Under the pieces are notes generated by a model, which was not told where the DNA came from, ran no database searches, and was given only the letters and a program-made list of their open reading frames with translations. From the NCBI GenBank assembly GCA_963723235.1, contig CAVRPV010000020.1, forward strand, positions 19,250 to 83,249: a DNA stretch of 64,000 nucleotides, read 5' to 3'. Below, one piece after another: positions 30,151 through 39,966 of the stretch. This DNA is from an uncultured delta proteobacterium. GTDB lineage: Bacteria; Desulfobacterota; WTBG01; CAIYCZ01; CAIRTM01. The translations under genes and the position numbers were made by a program. Within the stretch, counting starts at the first letter, position 1. Every line of letters starts with the position of its first letter.

Positions 30151-31131
30151 TCACACTTCAGCAAGCAGGTTCGCGTAATATGTAACTGTCTCTGCCAGTG
30201 CATCTTCAAGGCCATAAACCGATTGCCACCCGAGCAAACGTCCGGCCTTATCATTGGATAGGTACTGGTCCTTGATCTCGCCGTGTGCCTCGTTGAGTAC
30301 CCGCACCGGATGATCCGGCTTGCTCATCACTGCAAGAATTGCTTTTGTCATCTCAAGTACGCTGATACGCAGACCACTACTGAAGTTAAAAGCCTCGCCG
30401 AAAAGGGATTTCCCCTCCATGTTTTCAGCCAGCATCACATAGGCATTGACCGCATCCCTGACATAAAAATAATCACGCACCAGTGTACCGTCGCTGCGAA
30501 TCACAACCGGTTCGCCCTTTAATACCCAGGTTATGATTCCCGGTATCAACCGGTTAAGGTTTGTATCCCCGGGACCGTAAATATTGCCGCAGCGTGTTAT
30601 GCATACGGGCAGTCCATAGGTATTATAGTAGGTGTATGCCAGCAAATCCGTACAGCTCTTGGAAACATCATAGGGATGGCTTCCCTGCAGAGGGGCTTCC
30701 TCGGTATAGGGGAGTATTGCCTGATCACCGTAGGCCTTATCACTTGATGCGACCACAACACGCTTAACAACGGAAGAGTGCACACGGCAGGCTTCCAACA
30801 GGTTCCAGGTACCCCTGATATTGGTTTCAAACGTTGCCAGCGGGCTGCGGTTGCCGACCCCTACCTGGGTCTGCGCGCCCAGATGAAAAACCGTGTCGAT
30901 ATCGTACTCATTCAATGTGCGCTCCAGCAGGGCATAGTCCTCAAGCGCGCCGGCAACCGTAACGATACGATCACCGAGACGACAACGGGAAAAATTTGAC
31001 TGCGGTACGCAATCGCGAACCAACCCGACAATAAAAGCCCCGCGCTCCAACAACTGCTCTGCAAGCCAGTAGCCCACAAACCCCGTAATTCCGGTAATAA
31101 AAACACGTTTGCCAGACCAAAACACACTCAT
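30151..31131 (-). CDS. rfbG: NDP-sugar 4,6-dehydratase (CDP-glucose 4,6-dehydratase-like)
   Basis: FWSGKRVFITGITGFVG, SSDKAY, YDVSK and RCGNIYGPGD. It lies directly downstream of rfbF. Confidence 0.8.
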   Translation of the reverse strand: MSVFWSGKRVFITGITGFVGYWLAEQLLERGAFIVGLVRDCVPQSNFSRCRLGDRIVTVAGALEDYALLERTLNEYDIDTVFHLGAQTQVGVGNRSPLATFETNIRGTWNLLEACRVHSSVVKRVVVASSDKAYGDQAILPYTEEAPLQGSHPYDVSKSCTDLLAYTYYNTYGLPVCITRCGNIYGPGDTNLNRLIPGIITWVLKGEPVVIRSDGTLVRDYFYVRDAVNAYVMLAENMEGKSLFGEAFNFSSGLRISVLEMTKAILAVMSKPDHPVRVLNEAHGEIKDQYLSNDKAGRLLGWQSVYGLEDALAETVTYYANLLAEV

Positions 31132-31135
31132 AGTA

Positions 31136-31915
31136 TCACCACATTTTCCACGCCGGTTTATCCTTCTGCCACTCCTGTTCAAGCATATCACGATCACGCA
31201 CCGTATCCATGCAGTGCCAGTAACCATGATGATAGTATACCATCAACTCTCCCTCACGGGCCAGTCGCTCCATGGGTTCACGCTCAAACACACAGTTTTC
31301 AGTATCATCCAGATAATCAAACACCCTGCGGTTCAATACAAAAAAACCTCCATTGATATGGCCTTCCTCAATCTGGGATTTCTCACTGAAGGCCGAAACC
31401 CGGCTGCCGTCGGTAGAAAGCACTCCGAAACGCGCCAGAGGCCGGACCCCGGTTACCGTGGCAAGGCCTTGATGGCCACGATGAAATTCAACCAGTTTGC
31501 CGATGTCGATATCAGCCACGCCGTCGCCATAGGTCATCATAAAGGTATCATCCTGAATAAAAGGCGCAATTTTTTTGATACGCGATCCGGGCATGGTATT
31601 AAGACCCGTGTCAATCAGGGTTACCTTCCAGTTTTCACGCGTGCGGGAATTATGCACGTCGATCTGTTGATGATTATCGCCAAAGACAATTGTAAAATCA
31701 CTGTTCATCAGCTCAAAGTTCAAAAAATATTCTTTAATTAAGTCCCCTTTATACCCCAGACAAAGAATAAACTCATTAAAGCCGAAACAGGAATAAATTT
31801 TCATGATATGCCACAGTATCGGCCTGCCGCCGATTTCAACCATGGGCTTCGGCTTGAACTCAGTTTCTTCAGCCAGTCTGGTACCTTTTCCACCGCACAA
31901 AATTACTACTTTCAT
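31136..31915 (-). CDS. rfbF: Glucose-1-phosphate cytidylyltransferase
   Basis: ILCGGKGTRLAEETEFKPKPMVEIG, TYGDGVAD, INGGFFV and WHCMDT. Confidence 0.95.
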   Translation of the reverse strand: MKVVILCGGKGTRLAEETEFKPKPMVEIGGRPILWHIMKIYSCFGFNEFILCLGYKGDLIKEYFLNFELMNSDFTIVFGDNHQQIDVHNSRTRENWKVTLIDTGLNTMPGSRIKKIAPFIQDDTFMMTYGDGVADIDIGKLVEFHRGHQGLATVTGVRPLARFGVLSTDGSRVSAFSEKSQIEEGHINGGFFVLNRRVFDYLDDTENCVFEREPMERLAREGELMVYYHHGYWHCMDTVRDRDMLEQEWQKDKPAWKMW

Positions 31916-32093
31916 ATGAACCACATATCCTTTATTAGGTTTTGTTACGGCAGCCTCGATACGCATGCCCGCAAATCTGTACCTGTCATCCGCTGGCCGC
32001 CGCGGCGGCTACAGGAATATTTTTCATCCGTTAACATGAATTGACTTTGTTTCAGCTTCAAATTATAATTAGATTTTTACCATATGTAAACGA

Positions 32094-32130
32094 ATATTAA
32101 CACCTGACCGAAAACTGTCAAGACGGTCAG
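32094..32130 (-). promoter_or_regulatory. rfbF promoter overlapped by an inverted repeat
   Basis: The minus strand reads TTGACA-N16-TAATAT. CTGACCG (32104-32110) and CGGTCAG (32124-32130) flank the -35. Confidence 0.5.
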
Positions 32131-32194
32131 CAACCGGTGCCGTTACACAAGCGAAAACATCAGATCAATACCCCTACAGAAAGTACATATAACC

Positions 32195-32887
32195 GTGAAA
32201 CTCTCCGTAATTATCTGTGTCTATAATGAAAAAAACACAATCCTCGAAATTCTCAAAAGAGTACAGGAAGCCGACCTGGGACATGGCTGTGAAAAAGAAA
32301 TTATCATTGTAGACAATTGCTCCACCGATGGAACCCGTGACCTGCTGCAAACAATCACTGCACAGAACGTGAAAACCGTGCTGCAACCACGCAACCTGGG
32401 CAAGGGCAATTCCATCAGAACGGCCATCCCTCTCTGCACCGGCGAGTACACGATCACTCAGGATGCAGATCTTGAGTATCACCCCCGGCAATACAGCTCA
32501 CTGCTGCAAAAAGCGCTGGACGAAAATCTTGATGTCGTGTACGGCTCGCGCGTGCTTGGTAACCGGCGCTATCATAATTACGCGGCTAATTACTGGGCAG
32601 TCAGATTCCTGACGTTCCTGACCAATCTGTTGTTTAACAGCGCTTTTACCGACGTAGCCACAAACTACAAACTTGTACGAACATCGCTCCTTCAATCCCT
32701 TCAGCTGCGCTGTTCAGGGTTTGACCTGGACTTTGAAATCAGCAATAAACTGGCCATGCGTACAAAAAAAATATCCGAGGTGCCGATTGAATTTGAACCG
32801 CGCACGTACAACGAAGGGAAAAAAATACATGCGGGAGACGGCTTGCAGGCACTCTTTGTGATCCTACGTGACCGTATTTGTGGTTAA
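32195..32887 (+). CDS. GT2 glycosyltransferase (polyprenol-phosphate sugar synthase type)
   Basis: VYNE, VDNCSTDGT, GKG, QDADLEY, VYGSR, DFEIS and EGKKI. Confidence 0.93.
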   Translation: MKLSVIICVYNEKNTILEILKRVQEADLGHGCEKEIIIVDNCSTDGTRDLLQTITAQNVKTVLQPRNLGKGNSIRTAIPLCTGEYTITQDADLEYHPRQYSSLLQKALDENLDVVYGSRVLGNRRYHNYAANYWAVRFLTFLTNLLFNSAFTDVATNYKLVRTSLLQSLQLRCSGFDLDFEISNKLAMRTKKISEVPIEFEPRTYNEGKKIHAGDGLQALFVILRDRICG

Positions 32888-33104
32888 GAAACCCCTGATT
32901 CCACAGGGTGCTCAGCCTCCTCATCCATCAGTGTTGCGTTCGGCAGACAGATTACAAAATAGAGCGTTAACAAGCTGCTAAACATTACCAGTACGATGCC
33001 GACCACATCGAGACATCCGGTTATTCGAGGCTGTACGCCTGATAATGACCTCACTGGGCAGTAACATTGCTCGCATGCGTGATTCAAACCCAGGATAACA
33101 ATTC

Positions 33105-34923
33105 ATGCTCCTGCCCCGAAAAAAATACTTATTCACGCTGCTGTTACTTCTACTGCTTACCGTTCATTCATTTCTGATGAACGGCTACTACTCCTCGCAT
33201 CGCTATCTGACGGTTGCGACGTATTTCTCTTCAATCAGGAACCAGATTGACCCGGAACTGTTCAAAAACTCCATTTATATTCAAGCGGTAAATAGAAACA
33301 ACCTGCGTATCGGCATATTCTATGATGTCCTGCCATATGTGCTCAAGCACATTGATCTGGAAACATTTGCGCTGCTGCATACCGCGGCAAGCCTGTTTTT
33401 TATGCTTGCCGGCATATATGCCCTTGCAATCACGCTTACGCGTTCACGCTCCACTGCCATCGTTGCCACGCTTCTCTACACAACACAACTCAACAACTGG
33501 ACTCTGGGATCCCCCGCTCCATATCTCAATTTTTTCCACCACGGACTGCCATACACCTATCCACTCATTGTCTGGTCAATGCTGTTTTTTTTCCGCAGCC
33601 GTTACTGCATCGCCCTTCTGCTCACCGGCCTAAGCTACAATTTCCATCCCATGTGTACTCTGTTTCTTCTGTGCGCGTACTGTCTGTATGGATTGCTGAA
33701 CCTTAAGAAATTTCCCCTCACGTTGATCATGCTCTGTCTGCTCGCCTTTGTGCTGCCGGCCCTGCCCGGAATAGCAAAAACAATCAGTTATATGGGCACA
33801 GGCGGCCAGGGTGAGCTGTGGCTTGAAGGAGTGCGCTGGGTTGCCGGGTATACCTGCAATCCGTCTACCTGGACACGCCGGCAACTACTGCATGCAGGAC
33901 TGTTCCTGATTCTCGCCTGCGCATCCCTGTTTGCATTCCCAAGACGCACCTTTCGCCGAACTGTGATGATATTCTGGAGCGCGGTCGCGCTCATGTGCCT
34001 GGCAGGCACGATTTTTGCCGATTTCATTCCAATACCCTTTATCATCAAACTGAGCCTGTGGCGCAGCACGGTCATGTATCTCTTTCTTGCCATCATCTTC
34101 ATTGCCTGGGCCTGTCTGCATATTGCCCGTCGTTCCCGCACGCACGCTCTTCTGGCCGCCACGATGATACTGCTGCTCACAGGTTATCTACCAGAACTAC
34201 CGCAATTTTATTGTGCACTACTTCTTCCCGTTTTTATCTACACTCTGTTTGCGGGGCAAACCGCCACCGTCTGCAAACGCGGTGCAATCCTTGCAGGGAC
34301 TACCCTGGCCCTGCATGTATTTCGCGGCCTTCATTTCCCTGCCAACCACTGCATGGCTAGAGCTCTTTATAAGCTCGGCACTCCTTATTATAATTATCAA
34401 TGTACCAACATACGTACCCAGGGCAAGAACGCTGCTGCCGTGGGCACTTGGACTGCTGATATTTGACGCTGCCGTGCTGACAGCCCAGGGAGGACCAAAA
34501 ATTTATTACCATGGCCGTTTGCAGGGAAAACTTGACCCCTGGGCCGACGTACAATTTGTCGCACGCGACATATCAGACACGGACGACCTGTTTATTGTAC
34601 CACCGCTTAACAATGACTTTTACCACTATTCTCTACGCGCGGTTCTTGGTGACTGGGCAGAAGGGTCAACCCTGCTCTACCTTGATAACCGCTTTACAGA
34701 AGAGTGGTTTGAACGCATGAATGACCTTGGATGGACCAAACCCTACAATGCCGAAGCAGGGTTTAACAGTCTCACGACCGCCGACATTATCCGGACTGCC
34801 CGCAAGTACGGTGCCGTGTTTGTGGTGACCGAAAAACCAAAGGAGTTTGATCTGCCGAAGGCCTATGAAAACAGCCGCTTCATTCTGTACCGCTTCGACG
34901 ACGCCGACAGCAGCAATCAATAA
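33105..34923 (+). CDS. Polytopic membrane protein with a soluble C-terminal domain (GT-C-like), one frameshift at about 34213-34330
   Basis: About 12 hydrophobic segments followed by DPWADVQF..LFIVPP..DWAEG..EWFERM, in two overlapping frames. Confidence 0.7.
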
Positions 34924-36833
34924 CCGTTATAAATGGTGAGTGTTTCGGGAGGATTTTTAATCTTTATAAAACCGACAGGATCGTCTCCGATCATCACGCG
35001 CTCAAGCTGCGCCCCACTGTCGGTCACGAGAAACTGCATCCAATGATACGAAATAATTACTTCATCGTCCTCAGCCCGCACGTTTGAAAGCTCTATGCGG
35101 TTATAATCAGCCTGCACAGTACCGCTTCCTTTAAGAAAAAAAGACGCCTTGCGCAGCACTTCATAGATAGTAAACTTATCAATAACTCCAATCGGACGAA
35201 AATAACCCGGAAAAGAATCGAACACCTTCCGGGACTCGTCAAACCAACATACAATCCAGCGCACATTAAAAAGATCAAAAGCAGCCTGCAGTTCATTTGA
35301 CGAATAGTCACCAACCGGCCGGTCAAACAGCACGCCCCGGGTAAAACTCGCAAAGCTATGTTTGATCGGATACATGGGGCGCGGCCCGCAAAGATATTCA
35401 CGCTTGAGAAATGCCGGAAACAACCCCGGCAGATGCGTCCCATAATATGCCTCGCGTTCAAAAAAACCTGGCCGGTTAATTGCCTCAGAATCCTCGATCA
35501 GAATCCGACCATCCCGGTTGGTATGCCGGGCAAGAAATTCAGTCAGTTCACTAATCGGAGTCGGCATGCTGCACGTAAATCGATAATAATCATTCCGGAT
35601 GATAATTCCAAAAGGGCGCAGCACCGGTTGGTAGGCAAGTACGCATAAGAGAGCAAAAATCACAATCTGAACAAAACGGGAACGCACCTGCCCGAAAGCC
35701 TGCATACACACGCACAGTGATACGCCTGCAGGAATCAACAGAAGTGCGTTCAGAGCAAGTGCAAAGCGCTGAGGCTGAAGCTGTGCAAAGAACTGAGTAT
35801 GGGAGCCGTAAAACGTTACCAGAAAAATAAAAGCTGCCCCGCTGCCGAAAGCCACCGCAAGCCGGCGCCTACCTTCTCTCCACCACATCAGGCAACCCGC
35901 AGCTCCAAGCAGCAGGAGGGCCGCATCAACAAACGTACTGTTCAATGCCGGTATACTATGCAAAAGACTGCGGCGCTGTCCGAAGTAGACATTAAACGGT
36001 TCAAGCATATTCTTAATCTGCAACGCAAACTCATAGTGCTCCGGGTTCGTAGTCTTATCGTTAAAAAAATCAAACACCGGAACAAGCCAGAAAATATTCG
36101 CAGCAGCCACAAAAAGCGGCACTATGGCAATCAACAGGTTCCTGCTTTTGCTGTTACAAGATAGGTACAATACATACAAAACCCCGACCGGGATGAAAAT
36201 GTGCACCGGAGAGAGGATATGATTCAAAAAAAGAAGACTCGAACAAAAAACCACAAAAAAATACCGCAACGGGGAAAAAGACACAGCCATGAGTCGGTAT
36301 ATAAGCGACAGAACATAGATTGAAAAAAAACACATGAGAAGATAGGCCACCATGCCCCACAGAACAAAATCCTTGGGAAGCGAAAGGTAAAAGAAGAGAA
36401 ACGACAGGGACGCACTGCAAAGAGCCTGTGCCCGGCTAAACTCAAAATTGCGTGCGGCAGCATATATCAGAAGCGGGAAAAAAAACAAAAGCCCAAGAAG
36501 ATATCCTTTAAAGGCCCGGGCGGTTCCCACAAGCGGAGCGAAAGCCATTACAAACAACTCCCAGGCCTTATTATCGGCATTCGCAAGCGCGCAACTCGGA
36601 TATCCGGCCAGAAGGTACGGGTCATACCCCCAGCAGCGACCCCAACCGCTCCAAAACGTACGGGCCGCAAGCGCGTTTGAATAATGCAGGGCATAATCGT
36701 CAGAATATACCGGCTCGTTCGAAACCATGTCACGCGGCGTCAAAAACACAAGGCTCATAGCGAAGCAGACCCCGACAAGCAAAATCAACGCTATAGTTAC
36801 CGTACTTTTATGAAGCATGTCATCACTATACAT
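34917..36833 (-). CDS. GT-C-like membrane protein (YfhO / PTPS-related-like)
   Basis: N-terminal TM, then DDYALHY..WGYDPYLLAGYP loop, many TMs, QPQRF and a periplasmic C-terminal domain. Confidence 0.75.
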   Translation of the reverse strand: MYSDDMLHKSTVTIALILLVGVCFAMSLVFLTPRDMVSNEPVYSDDYALHYSNALAARTFWSGWGRCWGYDPYLLAGYPSCALANADNKAWELFVMAFAPLVGTARAFKGYLLGLLFFFPLLIYAAARNFEFSRAQALCSASLSFLFFYLSLPKDFVLWGMVAYLLMCFFSIYVLSLIYRLMAVSFSPLRYFFVVFCSSLLFLNHILSPVHIFIPVGVLYVLYLSCNSKSRNLLIAIVPLFVAAANIFWLVPVFDFFNDKTTNPEHYEFALQIKNMLEPFNVYFGQRRSLLHSIPALNSTFVDAALLLLGAAGCLMWWREGRRRLAVAFGSGAAFIFLVTFYGSHTQFFAQLQPQRFALALNALLLIPAGVSLCVCMQAFGQVRSRFVQIVIFALLCVLAYQPVLRPFGIIIRNDYYRFTCSMPTPISELTEFLARHTNRDGRILIEDSEAINRPGFFEREAYYGTHLPGLFPAFLKREYLCGPRPMYPIKHSFASFTRGVLFDRPVGDYSSNELQAAFDLFNVRWIVCWFDESRKVFDSFPGYFRPIGVIDKFTIYEVLRKASFFLKGSGTVQADYNRIELSNVRAEDDEVIISYHWMQFLVTDSGAQLERVMIGDDPVGFIKIKNPPETLTIYNGY

Positions 36834-36870
36834 CTATTCGGATCAATTTTTGATTGGCCAGCGTTGCTGC

Positions 36871-38386
36871 TCAACCGCCCTCAGGGGAAGCAGCAATCTT
36901 ACTCGCGAGGTCTGCCTGCAATGCAAGAACATCAGGATCGTTCGGACTCTTGGTTAAAAATTCATCAGTCATGCGTTTCAGATCAGCGAGGTATCCTCTT
37001 TCAAAATATAGCTTCGAAATTTCCAACAAAGCGGGCTTGTAGGACGGCTTTTTTCTCAAACATTCCTTAAAAGACTGCTCGGCATTGGCCGTTTTCGGCA
37101 CGTGCCATATGAGCCAGACCTATATAATAATCATAGTCCGGGTTCTCCATATCCTCAGAGCCAAGTGCACGCAATTCAGATATTGCCAGAAGAGTCCGCC
37201 CCTCATCAAGCGATATACGGGCGAGTATAAACCGTGCGAAGTTGTTGTTCTTGTCGAGATCAAGAATCCAGCGCGCAACACCCTTGGCCATCTCCCTATT
37301 ATTACTCCCGTAATAAAGCCGGGCCAAAATATTCATAAATTCCATCTGGAGGTCAAGGGCTTCTTCTTTTTCAATCCGGCTCAAAACATCCTTGGCAACC
37401 TGAATGGCATCGTTGTAACGATTCGTTTTTTCATATACATCAATCAAACAACGTGAAAAGTCAAAATAGCCTGACCCCTGTTCTAAACCTGCGCGGATGG
37501 CCTCCTCAGCGTCTGCAAACTGCCCGTAGTGTACGTAAAAATTTATCAGTGCGAGTTTATAGCGAATCTGCTGTCCATCGGCGGCAATTAAAGAAACAAG
37601 CAGCTGTCTCTCATCTTCTTTACTGCCGGATCTACGCATAAGAGTAAGCAGTTGCTCTATGTCCTGAGTGCTGTCCGGTTGCAGTTCCAATACCTTTCTG
37701 TAAATCCTTACCGCTGCTTGATAATCGTTAAGGGCAACATATTTATCAGCGAGCAAACGCATAACAAAAAACCAGTCCTCAATAGCAATGGCATGTTCCG
37801 TTAAAATCAGCTCCGCCTTCTCAAGGTTATCATTTAAAATATGAAATTCCGCCAGCAAAGCGAATGCCTGATCGCTATATTGCTTCTCGTCCAACAGTGG
37901 TTGCAGAATGCTATCAACCTTAGCCCAAAACTTCAACTTGCGGGATCGAAGACGTATACGTACATCCAAAAAACGAGCTCGGGCATTGCCGGGATCCTTC
38001 TCCAACATGAGACGAGTTCTCTGTATTCCATTACCCCATTTTCCGCACCTCAAAAATGCCTCTGCAGCCTTCAGCGACAAATCATCATTGGGGTCACCAA
38101 GCAATAGCGCCTCTTCAAAAGTAAACGCGGCAGATTCATAATTCTTCAACTCATACTGGCACATACCATACAAAATGCTCGCGTCTAAATAATTTGGATC
38201 AAATGCAAGCGCGAAATCAATTTGGCCAAGCGCTTCCTTATACTGCTGTCCTTCATAAAGCTCCAAGGCCTTTTCATAGTACGCCTTTTTGCGATAGTCT
38301 TTAATCTGCTCACATCCGGGAACGAAAAAAAGTACCTGGCCGGCAATCATAATCAGCATAACAAAGCGAAGAAGCATACACTGCAC
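36871..38386 (-). CDS. TPR-repeat lipoprotein, one +1 insertion near 37085
   Basis: Lipobox-like VPGC, repeated TPR helices, and an in-frame continuation NAEQSFKE..QADL to TGA at 36871. Confidence 0.85.
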
Positions 38387-38428
38387 TCCTGTAAAAAGTT
38401 GTTACCAAGGTAGGTATCAATATATAGA

Positions 38429-38457
38429 GTTATATTATCTGTTGCCTAAAGTGTCAA
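38429..38457 (-). promoter_or_regulatory. Probable sigma70 promoter of the TPR gene
   Basis: The minus strand reads TTGACA-N17-TATAAC. Confidence 0.5.
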
Positions 38458-38691
38458 TACATGTTAAACATGCACAGTCGGTGAAACACACAATACCGCA
38501 ACAGTCAGGCAGGCTACAAATGCCGATTTTGCTTGTGTTGCTTAAAAACGGCACTAAAAAATGGCTGAGCTGTTGCAAAACGTCTGACAACAGAGACAAT
38601 GCAACCACAATCAAAACCGCTTGCATGGCCTCGCATCTTTTAAACTGAAAATGGTTCGCAGAACAGACCAATAATCTAAAAGGAGACCACC

Positions 38692-39132
38692 ATGAATCCG
38701 ATGGAAATGTTTAAGAAAAAATTTGAAACCTATAAAAGCATCATGGATAAGGACGGTGAGCAGAAAGCCTGGGACACCCTGATGGAGGGCTACGCAGAGC
38801 GTCAAAAAAAGAACATGGGCCCGTTCATTGACAACAGCACCCTGGCTGAAGGTTTTACCAAGGCAATTCCGGCCTATAAAATGCTCGGCATGGACATGGC
38901 TGTGGTTGATATCTCCAACAACAATATGGATGCAGTGGTTGAAGTCCAGCGTGTATGCCCGGTGCAGGAGATGGCCAGGGAGTTTGGATTTTCAAAACCC
39001 TGTAAAGTAATTTGTGAAATGGATGTACAGGCGACCAAGGATGCCTTCGAGGGCATGCGGGGCGGAATTATCGCCGCAATTGCCGACGGTGACTGCGTAT
39101 GCCTGTTCAAATACGAACGCGCAAAGAAGTAG
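38692..39132 (+). CDS. L-2-amino-thiazoline-4-carboxylate-hydrolase-like (V4R-related) small Cys protein
   Basis: RBS AGGAG, with Cys pattern VCP..PCKVICEMD..GDCVCLFKY. Confidence 0.7.
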   Translation: MNPMEMFKKKFETYKSIMDKDGEQKAWDTLMEGYAERQKKNMGPFIDNSTLAEGFTKAIPAYKMLGMDMAVVDISNNNMDAVVEVQRVCPVQEMAREFGFSKPCKVICEMDVQATKDAFEGMRGGIIAAIADGDCVCLFKYERAKK

Positions 39133-39139
39133 CTGACAG

Positions 39140-39177
39140 CGCCCGGCTGTTGCAGCGCTCACGGCCGGGCGTTTTTT
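39140..39177 (+). terminator. Intrinsic terminator
   Basis: CGCCCGGC-N16-GCCGGGCG-TTTTT between convergent genes. Confidence 0.7.
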
Positions 39178-39204
39178 AACATTTCCGCACAATCTCCACG
39201 CACA

Positions 39205-39378
39205 TCACTGTTCTTCTTCAGTTCCAGCTTCAGCTTCAGCATACAATTGCACGAGTTCCTCGTACGTATCCCGAAGATTTTTTGCAATGCGAGAATAGTT
39301 GAAATTAGGATTAGCTCCATGCGCTTTGATAATCTCAACAGTATCACGCAGTGCATTCTGCCGAACAGCATTCATCAT
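39205..39378 (-). CDS. Small hypothetical protein
   Basis: Purine-rich RBS before MMNAVRQ. Helical, acidic C-terminus. Confidence 0.55.
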   Translation of the reverse strand: MMNAVRQNALRDTVEIIKAHGANPNFNYSRIAKNLRDTYEELVQLYAEAEAGTEEEQ

Positions 39379-39474
39379 GATTCCCTTTCCGCTGAATACA
39401 TAAAACGTTTGCCTGTCTCTTTGAACCTGCGACATATAAAAAAATGAAAGCCGGTGCGGTGTTGCCGAAGATAC

Positions 39475-39930
39475 TCACCTCACCCAGTCAACGACATGCT
39501 CCGGCCAGTCCTCACTTTGGACATCCTCTTCGGACACAACCCTGCCGCGAACCGAAATCCCGGCACTATGCACGGAGCCGGGCTCACCACTCACAAGCGG
39601 ATGCCAGAATGGCAGTTCCTGCCCCTGGGCCAGCAGACGATAGGCGCATGTTTCAGGCATAAAATAAACATCCGTGAGGTTATCCGGCGTAAGCCGGTGA
39701 CAGGACGGAACCAGGCGCGTGCGCTTCGCATACACACGACAGCGGCAACGTTGCTGATCGAGGTAGCGGCATACTATGCGCGTATACATCATTTCTCCCG
39801 TGTCTTCAAACTCAATCTTATGCAGACAACAGCGCGCGCATCCGTCACAAAGACGCTCCCACTCCCGGCGGCTCATCCGCCCCAAATCATTTTTCAGCTG
39901 TGCCGTTTTAGCAGTCATCGCACGCACCAT
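39475..39930 (-). CDS. YcgN-family (UPF0260) cysteine-cluster protein
   Basis: WERLCDGCARCCLHK, CRYLD..CRCRVY..R...VPSC, MPETCAY and WHPLVSG. Confidence 0.92.
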   Translation of the reverse strand: MVRAMTAKTAQLKNDLGRMSRREWERLCDGCARCCLHKIEFEDTGEMMYTRIVCRYLDQQRCRCRVYAKRTRLVPSCHRLTPDNLTDVYFMPETCAYRLLAQGQELPFWHPLVSGEPGSVHSAGISVRGRVVSEEDVQSEDWPEHVVDWVR

Positions 39931-39966
39931 TACACATCATTCATGGATACAGGCAGACACCGGAAT

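Noticed and set aside
32884-33087. 67-aa minus-strand ORF with one hydrophobic stretch
   Set aside because: It is antisense within a plus-strand run, has no RBS and shows no recognisable family. It cannot be excluded but is unsupported.
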